Shown: positions 8,173 to 18,426 of the stretch, piece by piece
Position numbering within the stretch: position 1 is the stretch's first letter
Layout of the letters: every line of letters begins with the position of its first letter
NCBI GenBank assembly: GCA_008632985.1
Contig: QPGO01000024.1
Coordinates: forward strand, 697,848 to 723,564
DNA: 25,717 nt
Direction of reading: 5' to 3'
Origin: Psammoneis japonica
Taxonomy: Eukaryota
Translations under genes and position numbers: made by a program
The notes under the pieces: model-generated
What the model was told of the DNA's origin: nothing
The model's input: the letters and a program-made list of their open reading frames with translations, nothing else
Databases searched by the model: none

Positions 8173-9345
8173 ATGACTGCCGCTTGGGTACTGGTGCTCC
8201 TGTCTTCTCTTGTTATTCCTTTGGAAGCTTCGATTCAATCTGGCCCTTCTTTCTCTGCGTCAGCCCCGGCCTACCGACATCGATTAATTGATGTTCCGAA
8301 ACGCGACAAAATTACTCCCAGTTGGCGTGCGGCTGCTGTTGATGACTTTCGCAAGGACCATCACAACATTGCCGTTCCGTTACCGCTTCTTACTTGTACA
8401 CGCGGAGGTCAGGTGTCTTCTCCCCCCAATTTCGTCAATGCTGTGAACGCCTTCACCAATGTCATAATTTGTTTGGGCAAAATTCTGTTACCTCCGGTCG
8501 TGGCGTCTGTGCGACTCTTTGTAAGTGTTTACCGGACGCTCCCTGTTGATACAATTTGCTTACAGGTAGGCTTGGTGTATTGCTTTGCTGGTGGCTACTA
8601 TCCGGCTTTGTTCTCGGCTTTGCAAGCTGTGCAGCATTTTGGATTGCAGACAGTGATCAGTGCGATTGAAGATTTGACTGACGAAGCACTACGAATCATT
8701 GACGCCACCAGCATTGAAAACTCAAGGCCTGACGCCACCAGGGGACAGGTGTTTAGGGAGAAAACGAGCATCATAATGGCAACAGTGGACCCTTGGAAGA
8801 TCAATCAAGCTGCAGGAGCTTTGTACACTACATGGTTGGGTGTGTCAACTGTCTTGGAGAGAGAATACGTGCGAGTAATTACGCTCTCCATGACCATGGC
8901 TGGTGTGTTTGAACGCGCTGCCCGAATCGTCCTTGCACCTCCTGCATACTTGTGTGTAGAAGAAAAGTACCATCGATGGGTGCCAGTAGTTATTGGGTGG
9001 GGTTGCAAAGCCCTTGCCATGAATGTTGCTTGGCGTCTTCAACGGGTACTAACTGCGGGTACGAGTGCCATGACCGGTGGCTTGATGGTTTCGCGTGCTC
9101 TCGTGCGTATTTTATCGAAACGCGGTGTAAGAGTTCCGGGGTTAGTGAGAATTGATGAGCAAGAGCACCAGGAGTCGCCCTTCGATGAGGCGATTGGTAT
9201 CGTCGTTGGTGGATTAGGGTTCTTTACTCAAATAAAATCACAGTACAAGAGAGGATTCAGCTTCAAAGTTCCCTTTCCTGCAAACCTGGTCACGTGGCCT
9301 TTTGATTTAGCAGAACGATGGATTCAATGGCAGATTACTAGGTAG
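8173..9345 (+). CDS. Hypothetical multi-pass membrane protein with N-terminal signal peptide
   Basis: 390-aa ORF from ATG 8173, hydrophobic N-terminus (MTAAWVLVLLSSLVIPLEA) and several hydrophobic segments. No family that I can name. Confidence 0.75.
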   Translation: MTAAWVLVLLSSLVIPLEASIQSGPSFSASAPAYRHRLIDVPKRDKITPSWRAAAVDDFRKDHHNIAVPLPLLTCTRGGQVSSPPNFVNAVNAFTNVIICLGKILLPPVVASVRLFVSVYRTLPVDTICLQVGLVYCFAGGYYPALFSALQAVQHFGLQTVISAIEDLTDEALRIIDATSIENSRPDATRGQVFREKTSIIMATVDPWKINQAAGALYTTWLGVSTVLEREYVRVITLSMTMAGVFERAARIVLAPPAYLCVEEKYHRWVPVVIGWGCKALAMNVAWRLQRVLTAGTSAMTGGLMVSRALVRILSKRGVRVPGLVRIDEQEHQESPFDEAIGIVVGGLGFFTQIKSQYKRGFSFKVPFPANLVTWPFDLAERWIQWQITR

Positions 9346-9428
9346 TAAGTAAGACTAGAAAGTTTTAGATAGCTTAGAGGATATGCATAAGGTAGGAGAT
9401 CTTTGTTCGGTATTCACTGGTTCCGGTG

Positions 9429-10400
9429 TTACGCAATAGAGACAAAAATAGACGAACCAAGGCATGCTAGCGATCCCGCCCAGCACAGGTACTTCTGCAC
9501 GTTTGCTCCTGACTTGAGGGCGCTCTCTTCATCGTGACGCCCAGAGGCAAGACGCTTTTTCATTCCGTCCCCACAGGCTGCCAAAGCCCAAGCCAGGGTC
9601 AAACCGTACACAGGCGCGGATTGCATCAGAGTGACTCCAACACCAATGGCAGTAGCCGTCAATGCCGACGCATGTCCGAGGGCAATCACTGTTGAGTCCG
9701 AGGTGTCCTCCATCATGGCGACTGATCCGTTCAAGTTGACCAACGTCGCCGCCGTGGTCCACCCAAAGTGCAGCGTCATGGGTAAGAAATACCAAGAAAG
9801 CGATGCCGCTTGTGCAGAGCATCCAACAGCATGTACAAGCGACAGACTGTAGGCCGTTCCTCCGAGCATGAGGAAGCTGACGTACTTCCTCCAACCTTCG
9901 CTGTAGCTTGGGCGAAACGACGCACACCAAAGACTCTGCATGAGATTAGCAGCCATGAAGGGAGCAGTTACCTGTGGCAAGATGGACGCCATAGCTCCAC
10001 CATCAGTCGCTAGAAGTTGCCCGAGAACAAAAATCGATTCACCAGCATAGATTGGTCCCCAGATAGCAAAAGCCCAGCCAGATGGGTTTACCAAGGAACG
10101 GGTCCGAGCGACAGAGTAAGGTATCGTCGTGGTGGTCGAATCGGAGGTGAGTGGAGTTGCTTCCGTTGTACCCGCATCTGGATTCAGAGCGCCTTGCCTC
10201 ATTGCCCGGTCTTGCTGCTCATCGATTCGGCCGGGGACTGACACGGCTGTGACGTTGGCGAGAAACGAAACGGTATTTACGCACTTCAACAAAGGCACTG
10301 GCGCAGAGGAGAACAACATCTCGATAGCTGGAAGGCCCAACACAATACCAGCACCGGTGGCGGCGACAAGTGGTGGGGAGTTGAGCGCAGCGAAGATCAT
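9429..10400 (-). CDS. TspO-like (tryptophan-rich sensory protein-like) membrane protein
   Basis: 323-aa hydrophobic ORF with LVNPSGWAFAIWGPIY and LHFGWTTAATLVN motifs typical of TspO-related proteins. Confidence 0.7.
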   Translation of the reverse strand: MIFAALNSPPLVAATGAGIVLGLPAIEMLFSSAPVPLLKCVNTVSFLANVTAVSVPGRIDEQQDRAMRQGALNPDAGTTEATPLTSDSTTTTIPYSVARTRSLVNPSGWAFAIWGPIYAGESIFVLGQLLATDGGAMASILPQVTAPFMAANLMQSLWCASFRPSYSEGWRKYVSFLMLGGTAYSLSLVHAVGCSAQAASLSWYFLPMTLHFGWTTAATLVNLNGSVAMMEDTSDSTVIALGHASALTATAIGVGVTLMQSAPVYGLTLAWALAACGDGMKKRLASGRHDEESALKSGANVQKYLCWAGSLACLGSSIFVSIA

Positions 10401-10865
10401 GTTGTAAGTTGAAATCGTTGTTTGCTGCTTTGTGATGCTTTGAAATGATGCTTCAGGTGTTTCCAGGTTGGTGTTGCTGCTGTCACAGCAACGGTTGCTG
10501 TTGATTTGAGATTGTTGTTGTTGTTCTTTGTGTTCGCATTACTGAGATCCTTACTGTGTAGAGTTCAGAGTAGTAGAGTAGGGCCTAGGCCCTAGGTGTA
10601 TGGTATCTTCGAGTCGTCACCAATACGTGTCATTCTAGAGGTGGAATTCGGAATCTTTGTTGAGCTGTATGACGTCGTTTCGAAGGCAGGCGCTCTGCGC
10701 GGCGGCTTCGCGTGCACTCAAGTTGAGGTCAAATCTTTTTTCTACTACGCATCTACGTGGACCATACCGACGGCAAGATCATCGTCTTGTCGTATCGGCA
10801 ACCATGGAAGGGAATGCATTCAACACCAAATCTACGTCATTACCTCGTAATTTAGTAGGAAGAAG

Positions 10866-11755
10866 ATGAAGCTTGCCGTCGCCGCCCTCCTCCTAGGCTC
10901 TGCCGCTGCCTTTGCCCCTGCCCAGTCAGGCAAGGTATGTTGATCGGCGTGGTTATGTGTCCCATGTTGCTTTCGTCGCGGAGTGCGCCATTGTTGAACC
11001 GCGTTGCGCCGGTGTTTGTCCGTAAAGAATCCAAGGATTCGTGGTTCTTACCTCTTTGTCTGCTTTTCTCTTTACTAAAATCGCTAATCTGAACACAAAA
11101 CGTAGGCATCCACCGCCCTTAATGTCAATGAGCTTGAGCTTGGTGCCACCGAGCCCCTTGGTGTTTGGGATCCTCTTGGATGGATGACCTCGGAGCCGGA
11201 GGCGTTTGAACGTCGTCGTGCTGTCGAGCGTAAGCACGGGCGTATTGCTATGATGGCCGTTGTCGGAAACATCGTCCACAACAACCACATTGTTTTCGAT
11301 GGATACCTGTCCCCTTCCAATGACCTCAAGTTCTCCGACATTCCCACTGGTATTGACGGAATTTTCAGTGTGCCAAACGCCGGAATTGCCCAAATTGTCC
11401 TTTTCTGCGGATTTGTTGAGCTCACCTGGCTCCCTGCTTCCCAATACGACGGAGACTATGGCATCGGTTACTTTGGTGGCGATATCTTTGATCCCGAAGA
11501 AAAGGCACGCAAGCTCAACGCCGAACTTAACAACGGACGTGCCGCCATGATGGGCATCTTCGGAAACATGGTTGCCGAGAAGCTTACCGGCCAGACCATG
11601 TACGAACAGGTAGGAATCATCTCTTCCTCGTTTCCTTATGTGTGGTTTTACTGTTGCTGACGCTTTTTTCTTGTTTGTCTCGCTCCTGCTTCTTGTAGTA
11701 CGCCGCTGGACACTTCAACCCATTCAACGATGGACAGGGACCTCTTTTCAACTAA
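10866..11755 (+). CDS. Fucoxanthin-chlorophyll a/c binding light-harvesting protein (FCP/LHC, possibly Lhcq-like); exons 10866-10934, 11106-11609, 11699-11755
   Basis: Presequence MKLAVAALLLGSAAA-FAPAQSGK (ASAFAP-type), WDPLG, helix 1 ERKHGRIAMMA, helix 3 ELNNGRAAMMG. Two phase-0 GT-AG introns (10935-11105, 11610-11698); last exon YAAGHFNPFNDGQGPLFN-stop. Subfamily assignment is inference. Confidence 0.95.
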
Positions 11756-12684
11756 GTTCCATGCATAAGGAATGAACGGAAATAGACGCTTGTGGTAATA
11801 TATAGTAACCATTGGAAAAGTCTCTTGTTTATACCATTAGCAAGAATTTTTCATCAATTTGTTAGTATCAGTGGTCACTTAGAGTCTTGGCGTTCTACGC
11901 CGAAGAAGGTTTGAACAATTTCCTACATGTACCGTACTGAAGGCGCAACCGCACATGAAAGCAAAAAGATCCTAGAGAAATCCATTGTTGAGAAGGCCTT
12001 GCAAGTCCACTTCACAAGCGAAAAGAGCGGATCTCGCGTTGACTAAAAGATGCAGCCTTCAGGATAAAGAAGAAACGATCCCATCTTCATATGTATTGAT
12101 GCCCAATTCTTTAGGCAGTGAAACTCTTTTTGGACTGCTACCTTGTGCTACCAACACAACCGACAAACAAGAGTTGAGTGTTGAGTCCTCATCGAAAAAT
12201 GGTCTTTACAATGCCGTACTCTGGGTACTACATTAACACGTCACAAGCCTAATTATTAGATTGGTCATGACATTCCAACTGGGTGCATGCAGGCAGCATT
12301 CGTTGTCTTCACTGCCTCTATCTAGTTTAGAGTATTCTGTTCTGCGGTCCACTCTCAACTCTCTCTAGTAGTAGATAGAGGCTCTACTCTAGGGCTACTC
12401 TCCAGCTAGAGTAGGGCCCTCTAGAGCTACAATACGCAGCCCGGTAGGTCTACCGTAGTACCGTACTCTAGCTAGGGCCCTACCGGGACCAGAAATCAGG
12501 GCGATCGAATTGTTCGATTGCGCGTCTGTTGTACTGTACCTCGCGTTTTCTGAGATCTCAATCGTGGAAGAGGTGACACCTTCTGACACGATGACACAAA
12601 AAATTCCCGAACTCTGATGGATTTGGTGTCGATTCATCATTCTCATTCACGTTCTTACAATACATTTGTATCTCTCTTAGTATT

Positions 12685-13416
12685 ATGATGGAGACGACCA
12701 AACCCGAAACAGCAGCTGATGTCCTTGAAGGAGTTTCTCATGTGGACCATAGGACTCTAATCGAAAAAGCCGAAGATGTGCTGAGCTCATGGAAGAAGGT
12801 TGCGAACGCGGAGAAGGAAAAGGCAGAAGATCTGAGTTACTACGCGGAAGAACTTTGGCTCGAGGACAAGAAGCTTTGGGCGTCTGGGAAGCGCAGGGTT
12901 CTTCGCAAGGAGTGGACCGTCGAGCATTTCAATGAAGAAGCTAAAGCCCTGAAGAAGAAACAAGAACCCGTTTGGGACGAACTTGAGAAAAGGGCTGACA
13001 CTATCGTCTCTTCTCTCAATGATCCTTGGAATGACGTTGGTAAGGTTCACAAAGCCATCAAAGACGGGCTGCGTCCCAAGTGTGAAAAGTTCATCCATCC
13101 GGTGGTGAAGGTTTTCGGTGTCAAAGACACTGCGGAACAAAGCAAGCTTCGCCACCACTACCAGATGAAGTTACGCGAACAGTTCAGGGAGGCTGAGGAC
13201 GTTTATCAGATGTTTTGTGGGTATCCTGAAGGCTATCTGACGAAGCCCAGGTTGTTCAGGAAGAACGCTTCCGACGAACGTCGTCACATCATCGAGCTGA
13301 TCCACAAGGATGAGTACTGGCTCAGCCATGACAAAAAAGCTCCAGCTGAAGAGGCGGCACCAAAAGGTGAAGCTTTCGAGAAACCGATGGAAAAAGAAGT
13401 TCAACCGGAACAGTAG
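12685..13416 (+). CDS. Hypothetical charged, likely helical protein (243 aa)
   Basis: Uninterrupted ATG-initiated ORF with coding-like codon usage, rich in E and K. No recognisable motif. Confidence 0.7.
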   Translation: MMETTKPETAADVLEGVSHVDHRTLIEKAEDVLSSWKKVANAEKEKAEDLSYYAEELWLEDKKLWASGKRRVLRKEWTVEHFNEEAKALKKKQEPVWDELEKRADTIVSSLNDPWNDVGKVHKAIKDGLRPKCEKFIHPVVKVFGVKDTAEQSKLRHHYQMKLREQFREAEDVYQMFCGYPEGYLTKPRLFRKNASDERRHIIELIHKDEYWLSHDKKAPAEEAAPKGEAFEKPMEKEVQPEQ

Positions 13417-13646
13417 TGTTGTATTCATTATTGTGATTACTTCTACTTGTTCCAACGCAGGAGACTACCAATACATACAGGTGCATGTTAGCATCAGTTA
13501 AGCTTGATAGAGCACTGATATCTTAAGTGTCATTTTGTCAAACGCATTTGAATATCGATTACCGTTGTTGAAGGCGGAAACAATACAAGACGAAACCATA
13601 ATAGATATTCAATGTTTATCATTCCTTTGATGGAAATAAATCTCGT

Positions 13647-15599
13647 CTAGAGTGCTCGTATTGCGTCGTCGCAGTTTGGAATGAACCTTTCGCCCAGCTC
13701 GGTCAGGAGCACTCTAGAAGCTCGTAGCGACTTCTTCACACTACTGACCCATTTCCCCGCCGCTCTATCTTTCTGTGCATCATTGAGCAGATCCGTTGGA
13801 TCGCCACTTAAAAATTCATCATCAAGAATGCCTTCGCCCATAAAGGCGTTTATGAACATGTCCACGAAATCGGTCGCACAGAAACTGCCCATTCTGCCAA
13901 GCTTTTCCGAGAAGAAGACAGCCACGTCGTTATTGATGTTCGACCCTCTGCTCCCAATGATCTCGTTCCATTTCATGGCTTGCTGTAAGAGGCTCAACGA
14001 AACAAGGGCATCTCCTGGGTCCAGAATCCTTTTTTCGCCTCTAACTATTTTGGCACGAGAGTTGCTTAAATACCGTTCAAGTTTCTCGTCACCGAAGGGC
14101 TTCTTCGAAGAATCAATTTGTTTGAGTAAGTTGTTGAGACACCGCCTGTAGTTGCAGGTCACTTCAGCAAAGCCGATGGGGAATGGTCCTTTCGTTGTTT
14201 CACGGTCGGAATCACGCTTGCAGTCGACGCGAGGAAAAGATTTGCCCTCCCTTGTGATGAAAACAGTTGAATTCTTCAGACGTTCCTCAATTTCATCCGG
14301 AGTGATCGTTCCGTTGCTATCCTGAATAAGCAATGCAGCACATGCCGCTACGTGTGGTGAAGCCATCGAAGTTCCGCTTCTAGTGTTAGCGCCACCTCCA
14401 AGTTTCGAACCCATGATTGAGTTCCCTGGGGCAAAAAGATCAGTCTCCATGTTGCTGTTGGTGAAGAAGGAAGGGCTGTCGTCATCATTCGATGACGCAA
14501 CGGCAATCACTTGACTCAAGCAGCCGGGCCATCCAATTTCAGTTGTGCTCCCTTCGTTTCCTGTCGATGCAAAAGCAATCACTCCCTTATTGCGAAGAGT
14601 GTTGATCGCTTCTGCTCCCATCCTGCCGAATGATGTTGAAAAATCGCAAACGCCAGCGAATTGAGTGAACGTACCAACGCTCATGTTGATTATGTTTACT
14701 CCAAGCTGTGGGTTAGCAATAAGATAGTCCAAAGCAGCAACTATTTCTGAAGCAAAGAAGAAGAAACCTTCTCTGTTTGTCACTTTAATAGCAACAATAT
14801 TTGCATCGGGAGCCTATTGCCACAGAACAAGTGGAGGGCACGATAGCTTAGAAAAGCAAACGATAAACATTGCACAATTCAAAAAATTTGATAAGCTTAC
14901 CACTCCAACAGGTGCCTGTACCCCATTCGACGAAATGATGGAAGCAACGTGCGTCCCATGTCCATCGTCGTCTTCAGCAGCGCCCTTACCGAATTGTCGG
15001 TCGGAGCCGTTGGGACAATCGCCAGAACCATTCACGGTGCCGTCGTCGTCAAGAAAGCAAGCTTCGTGGATTAAGGTACCTTTACCCACCAAGTCTGGAT
15101 GGTCAGAATCATATCCTGAGTCAAGTACAGCGACAACAACACCATCTCCTCTATTTCCAACCTTCTGTCGCTGATCAGCATTTATGAGTGGCACGCTCTG
15201 AGCGAGCGAAACGGTTCCACCAACGTCCAAATCGACCATGGCAACATTTGGGTGTTTTTCGAGAGCTTTTACTGTGTCTTCGTCTTTGGTTGTAAGTACA
15301 AAACCCGCAACATTTTTGAACCTGTGCTTGACCTTAAACTTTCCCCGTGGGAGTTTTGAAATTACGTCTTCTTGTATTTGCTTGATGCTGCCGCTGTCAT
15401 GGAGGAATCCCGGGATGTCGACTCCTCCACCAGTTCTGCCTCTGAGGGCTACAATTAGCTGAGTGTTGCCTCTTCTCTTCAAAGAACGACGTACTTCAGG
15501 GGCTGCCTTTTTCTCAACAGCAATAGACTGATCCAATGAGTGAAAAAGAGCAAACGCAGTCAAAGCAAAGGCGGCAACTCTTCCCGGGTAGAGCTTCAT
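13647..15599 (-). CDS. Secreted subtilisin-like serine protease (S8), 621 aa; exons 15599-14901 and 14813-13647
   Basis: Signal peptide, I9-like propeptide, catalytic triad VAVLDSG / HGTHVAS / SGTSMASPHVA and oxyanion STGNEG. An 87-nt phase-0 GTAAG...AATAG intron (14900-14814) joins APVGV to APDANIVAIKV. Confidence 0.92.
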
Positions 15600-16117
15600 T
15601 TCATATCCACCACGAAATGAAGTTGTGTAACCGAAGCAATATGATGTTGATGTATACGAGTACTCTCAACTATCAATCGGCTCTATCGTACAGCCAGGTA
15701 GATGGAGAAAGAGAAAGAAAGGATGAATGAAGGTACTCTACAAAATGTGACGGCGCGTCCAACCATAATTGGTTGTGCAGTGGTCTATTTATGCCCAAGA
15801 GTTTCGAACCCTAAGTAGCAGCTGGGCATTAGTAATTATCTAGATAATGTCGAGTTCGTCAAATTCTGATGAATGTGAAGTCATTTAAGTAAATTGACAC
15901 GATTGACTTCTCCTGGATAATTATATTTTATTTATGCCCCTTCGATATTAAAATGTACAAAGTGTCTTACTGTACATACAGCGATGTCAGTAGTGAATGA
16001 CCACGCGATGCTCGAAGACGCGCGAAATAAACGAGAGGCCGATGCTGGGCCGATGGTGGTGGTGGACGATGGACGCTCTTACCGGACAGTATGAAGTAGG
16101 GTACATCTCTGCTCAAC

Positions 16118-17041
16118 ATGACGTCTGTCGAATCCGACTTTGTGTCGGAGCGTGCTCCAAAGTCACTGAGGGTGACCTGCTATGGCTCTTCTTCTAGCAA
16201 AACACCAGAAAAATATTTGTCGGAGGCGCGGTTGTTGGGATACACGCTGGCGAAGCGTGGACACGTGTGCGTCAATGGCGCTGGTTCTTTCGGATGTATG
16301 GCGGCTATGAACGACGGGGCTGCCGAAGGGAACGGCCACATTGTGGGCGTCATTCATGAAATGTTTGTAGTTGATGGCAGTGATTGGTGTACTCGTGATG
16401 GAGGTGCGCACAAAGTGTTTAGAAAAGAAACGAGCAACCAAAAAGGTCCGACACGCGAGTGCCTCGTGGCCGGAGGAGACGACCTGCAGGAGAGAAAGCG
16501 ATTGTTGGTTGAGGGAGCCGATGCTCTCGTGGTCTTACCCGGTGGTCCAGGCACATGGGATGAGCTCTGGGAGATGGCGTGTTCGCGCAACATCGGATTA
16601 ACGGACATCCCCATTGTTTGTGTCAATGCCGATGGTTACTATGAGAACTTTAGACTCATGCTGCAACGAGCGAGCGAAGACCAGCTAGTGTATACGGATC
16701 CAAATAATATCCTCCATTTTGAACCAACAGCGGAAGCAGCAGTGCAATGGATTGAGCAGCAGGTATCAAAAGCAGCACAGCGAACCGAGAAAAGCAGAAA
16801 GTTGATCAAGCGTCGTGATTCGGCCATTACGGTAGCAGGGAAAGGTTGGCTTTTTCGATCACTATCAAAATCTTTCTCGGAATTGTTTTCGAATCCAAGG
16901 TCATGGGAGGACGGAAAAATTGTAGATAAGGCTTCATGGAACCAACAAAAGTTTCGTCAGCTGGTAGTAACGTTCGCTGCTGGAGTAGCACTTGGCGTTG
17001 CTTCAGCTTACAGATTTGGACGCAATCGTCCGAAGACGTAA
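16118..17041 (+). CDS. LOG-family (cytokinin riboside 5'-monophosphate phosphoribohydrolase / 'lysine decarboxylase-like') protein
   Basis: VTCYGSSS, VNGAGSFGCM, ERKRLL, ADALVVLPGGPGTWDELWE (PGGxGTxxE motif), PIVCVNADGYY. Hydrophobic C-terminal tail. Confidence 0.88.
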   Translation: MTSVESDFVSERAPKSLRVTCYGSSSSKTPEKYLSEARLLGYTLAKRGHVCVNGAGSFGCMAAMNDGAAEGNGHIVGVIHEMFVVDGSDWCTRDGGAHKVFRKETSNQKGPTRECLVAGGDDLQERKRLLVEGADALVVLPGGPGTWDELWEMACSRNIGLTDIPIVCVNADGYYENFRLMLQRASEDQLVYTDPNNILHFEPTAEAAVQWIEQQVSKAAQRTEKSRKLIKRRDSAITVAGKGWLFRSLSKSFSELFSNPRSWEDGKIVDKASWNQQKFRQLVVTFAAGVALGVASAYRFGRNRPKT

Positions 17042-17220
17042 GAACATATAGGTACACCTGCAATTCGGTGACGAGCAATTCGCTAAATATCAATTGCTTT
17101 TACTTTGATTCCAATCTTTGGATGGCGTGCGTGAAAGAGATTCAGTGCAAATTCCAATGTTACTTTCCTCCTTTCCCGGAGAAATAGATAGTTGTTTGTT
17201 TTCAATATACAGCACATCTC

Positions 17221-17895
17221 TTACAATTCATTCGCGGGTTGTCTAGATTCCTCCTCACCTTTTATTTTTGTTCCTGGAATGAAATAGTGCAACTTGTCTT
17301 TCATTGTATCTGTCGGAGTTTTAAACGATGTGATATTCAAGCGCTTGAATTCTTTTTCTTTTATGCTTTCGATCTCTAGCGGTCCATCATTGAGTCCACC
17401 CGTTATCCGAACGAAACGTTTCCCCGGCCTAAGCGCTTTCGACTTGGTCATGAATTTTTCTGGGTGCTTCTTGATGAGCATCTCGGTAATCACTGCTGCA
17501 CGGGATGCAACGACTGCGCCCCCCGCAATGGCGGCCGCATCAATCACTACTCCATTCACTACCATTCCGCTTACTAAAGGTGCGAGAGCCAGAGATGGGC
17601 CTGTAAGAGCTCCAGCACTCGCTGCAGTAGCCAAAGCACCCAAGACAAAGGCGGCGGGAATCGCCGACACGGAAATTAGGTTCTTCACCGACTGTTTCCG
17701 ATTGGGGAGATTTCGTTCGTCTCCAATGACAGCGTGTATATAATAAGGCACAAGAATCCCTCCGGTCTGAAGCCTTGAAATATCCACTGCCTCACCAGGC
17801 CTCAGCACTTGCTTGTTGTAGAGGACACCTCGTTCTTGAAATACAACGATGGATTCATTTGTTTGATTAACGATGGTCGGACAATGCTCCATCAT
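17221..17895 (-). CDS. Hypothetical protein with central Ala/Gly-rich hydrophobic hairpin (224 aa)
   Basis: ATG-initiated ORF with a hydrophobic stretch from AIPAAFVLGALATAASAGAL to AAAIAGGAVV. No family recognised. Confidence 0.7.
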   Translation of the reverse strand: MMEHCPTIVNQTNESIVVFQERGVLYNKQVLRPGEAVDISRLQTGGILVPYYIHAVIGDERNLPNRKQSVKNLISVSAIPAAFVLGALATAASAGALTGPSLALAPLVSGMVVNGVVIDAAAIAGGAVVASRAAVITEMLIKKHPEKFMTKSKALRPGKRFVRITGGLNDGPLEIESIKEKEFKRLNITSFKTPTDTMKDKLHYFIPGTKIKGEEESRQPANEL

Positions 17896-18426
17896 GATGA
17901 ACTGAGACGACAGAGATTAGTTGCTGCTGGCTGCTTGTTGAAGAGAGTTAGTGAGTCCACACAAATGCAGTGACAGAGTTGGTGTCAACGGAGTTAGGAG
18001 TGTGTTCATGTCGGCGTGGAGGCGGGGAACGAAAGGGAAATTTATTTCGCTAAAAAGTGAGCGGCTATGCTTTTCCCTACTTTCAAATGTAATTTAAACA
18101 CCTCGTGAATGATAATGTATGAAATGACCATCATATATACTTTCCGTTGAGATTCTTATAATCATTGCATTTCCTACAGCTACAATAATAATTAAAGAAT
18201 ATTCTGAATACTTTTTATGCATCACCTTAGGCACAAGAATCATTAAATGACACGACCAAGCTGGGCCCACCGCCCCGCACAGCATGCAGCACTCGCGACC
18301 ATAGCCATGAGGCCTTGCTCGTATGGTATTTCTGTGTCTGTGGCTCACCGAAGGACCAATCGTTGCCAGCTGATCTCATCTCCATATGTGTAAGTGAACC
18401 GGTTAGATAGACACTAAGAAAGCACA

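Noticed and set aside
11610..11660. ORF-track C-terminus VGIISSSFPYVWFYCC of the FCP
   Set aside because: Read-through into intron 2; the spliced last exon gives the expected ending.
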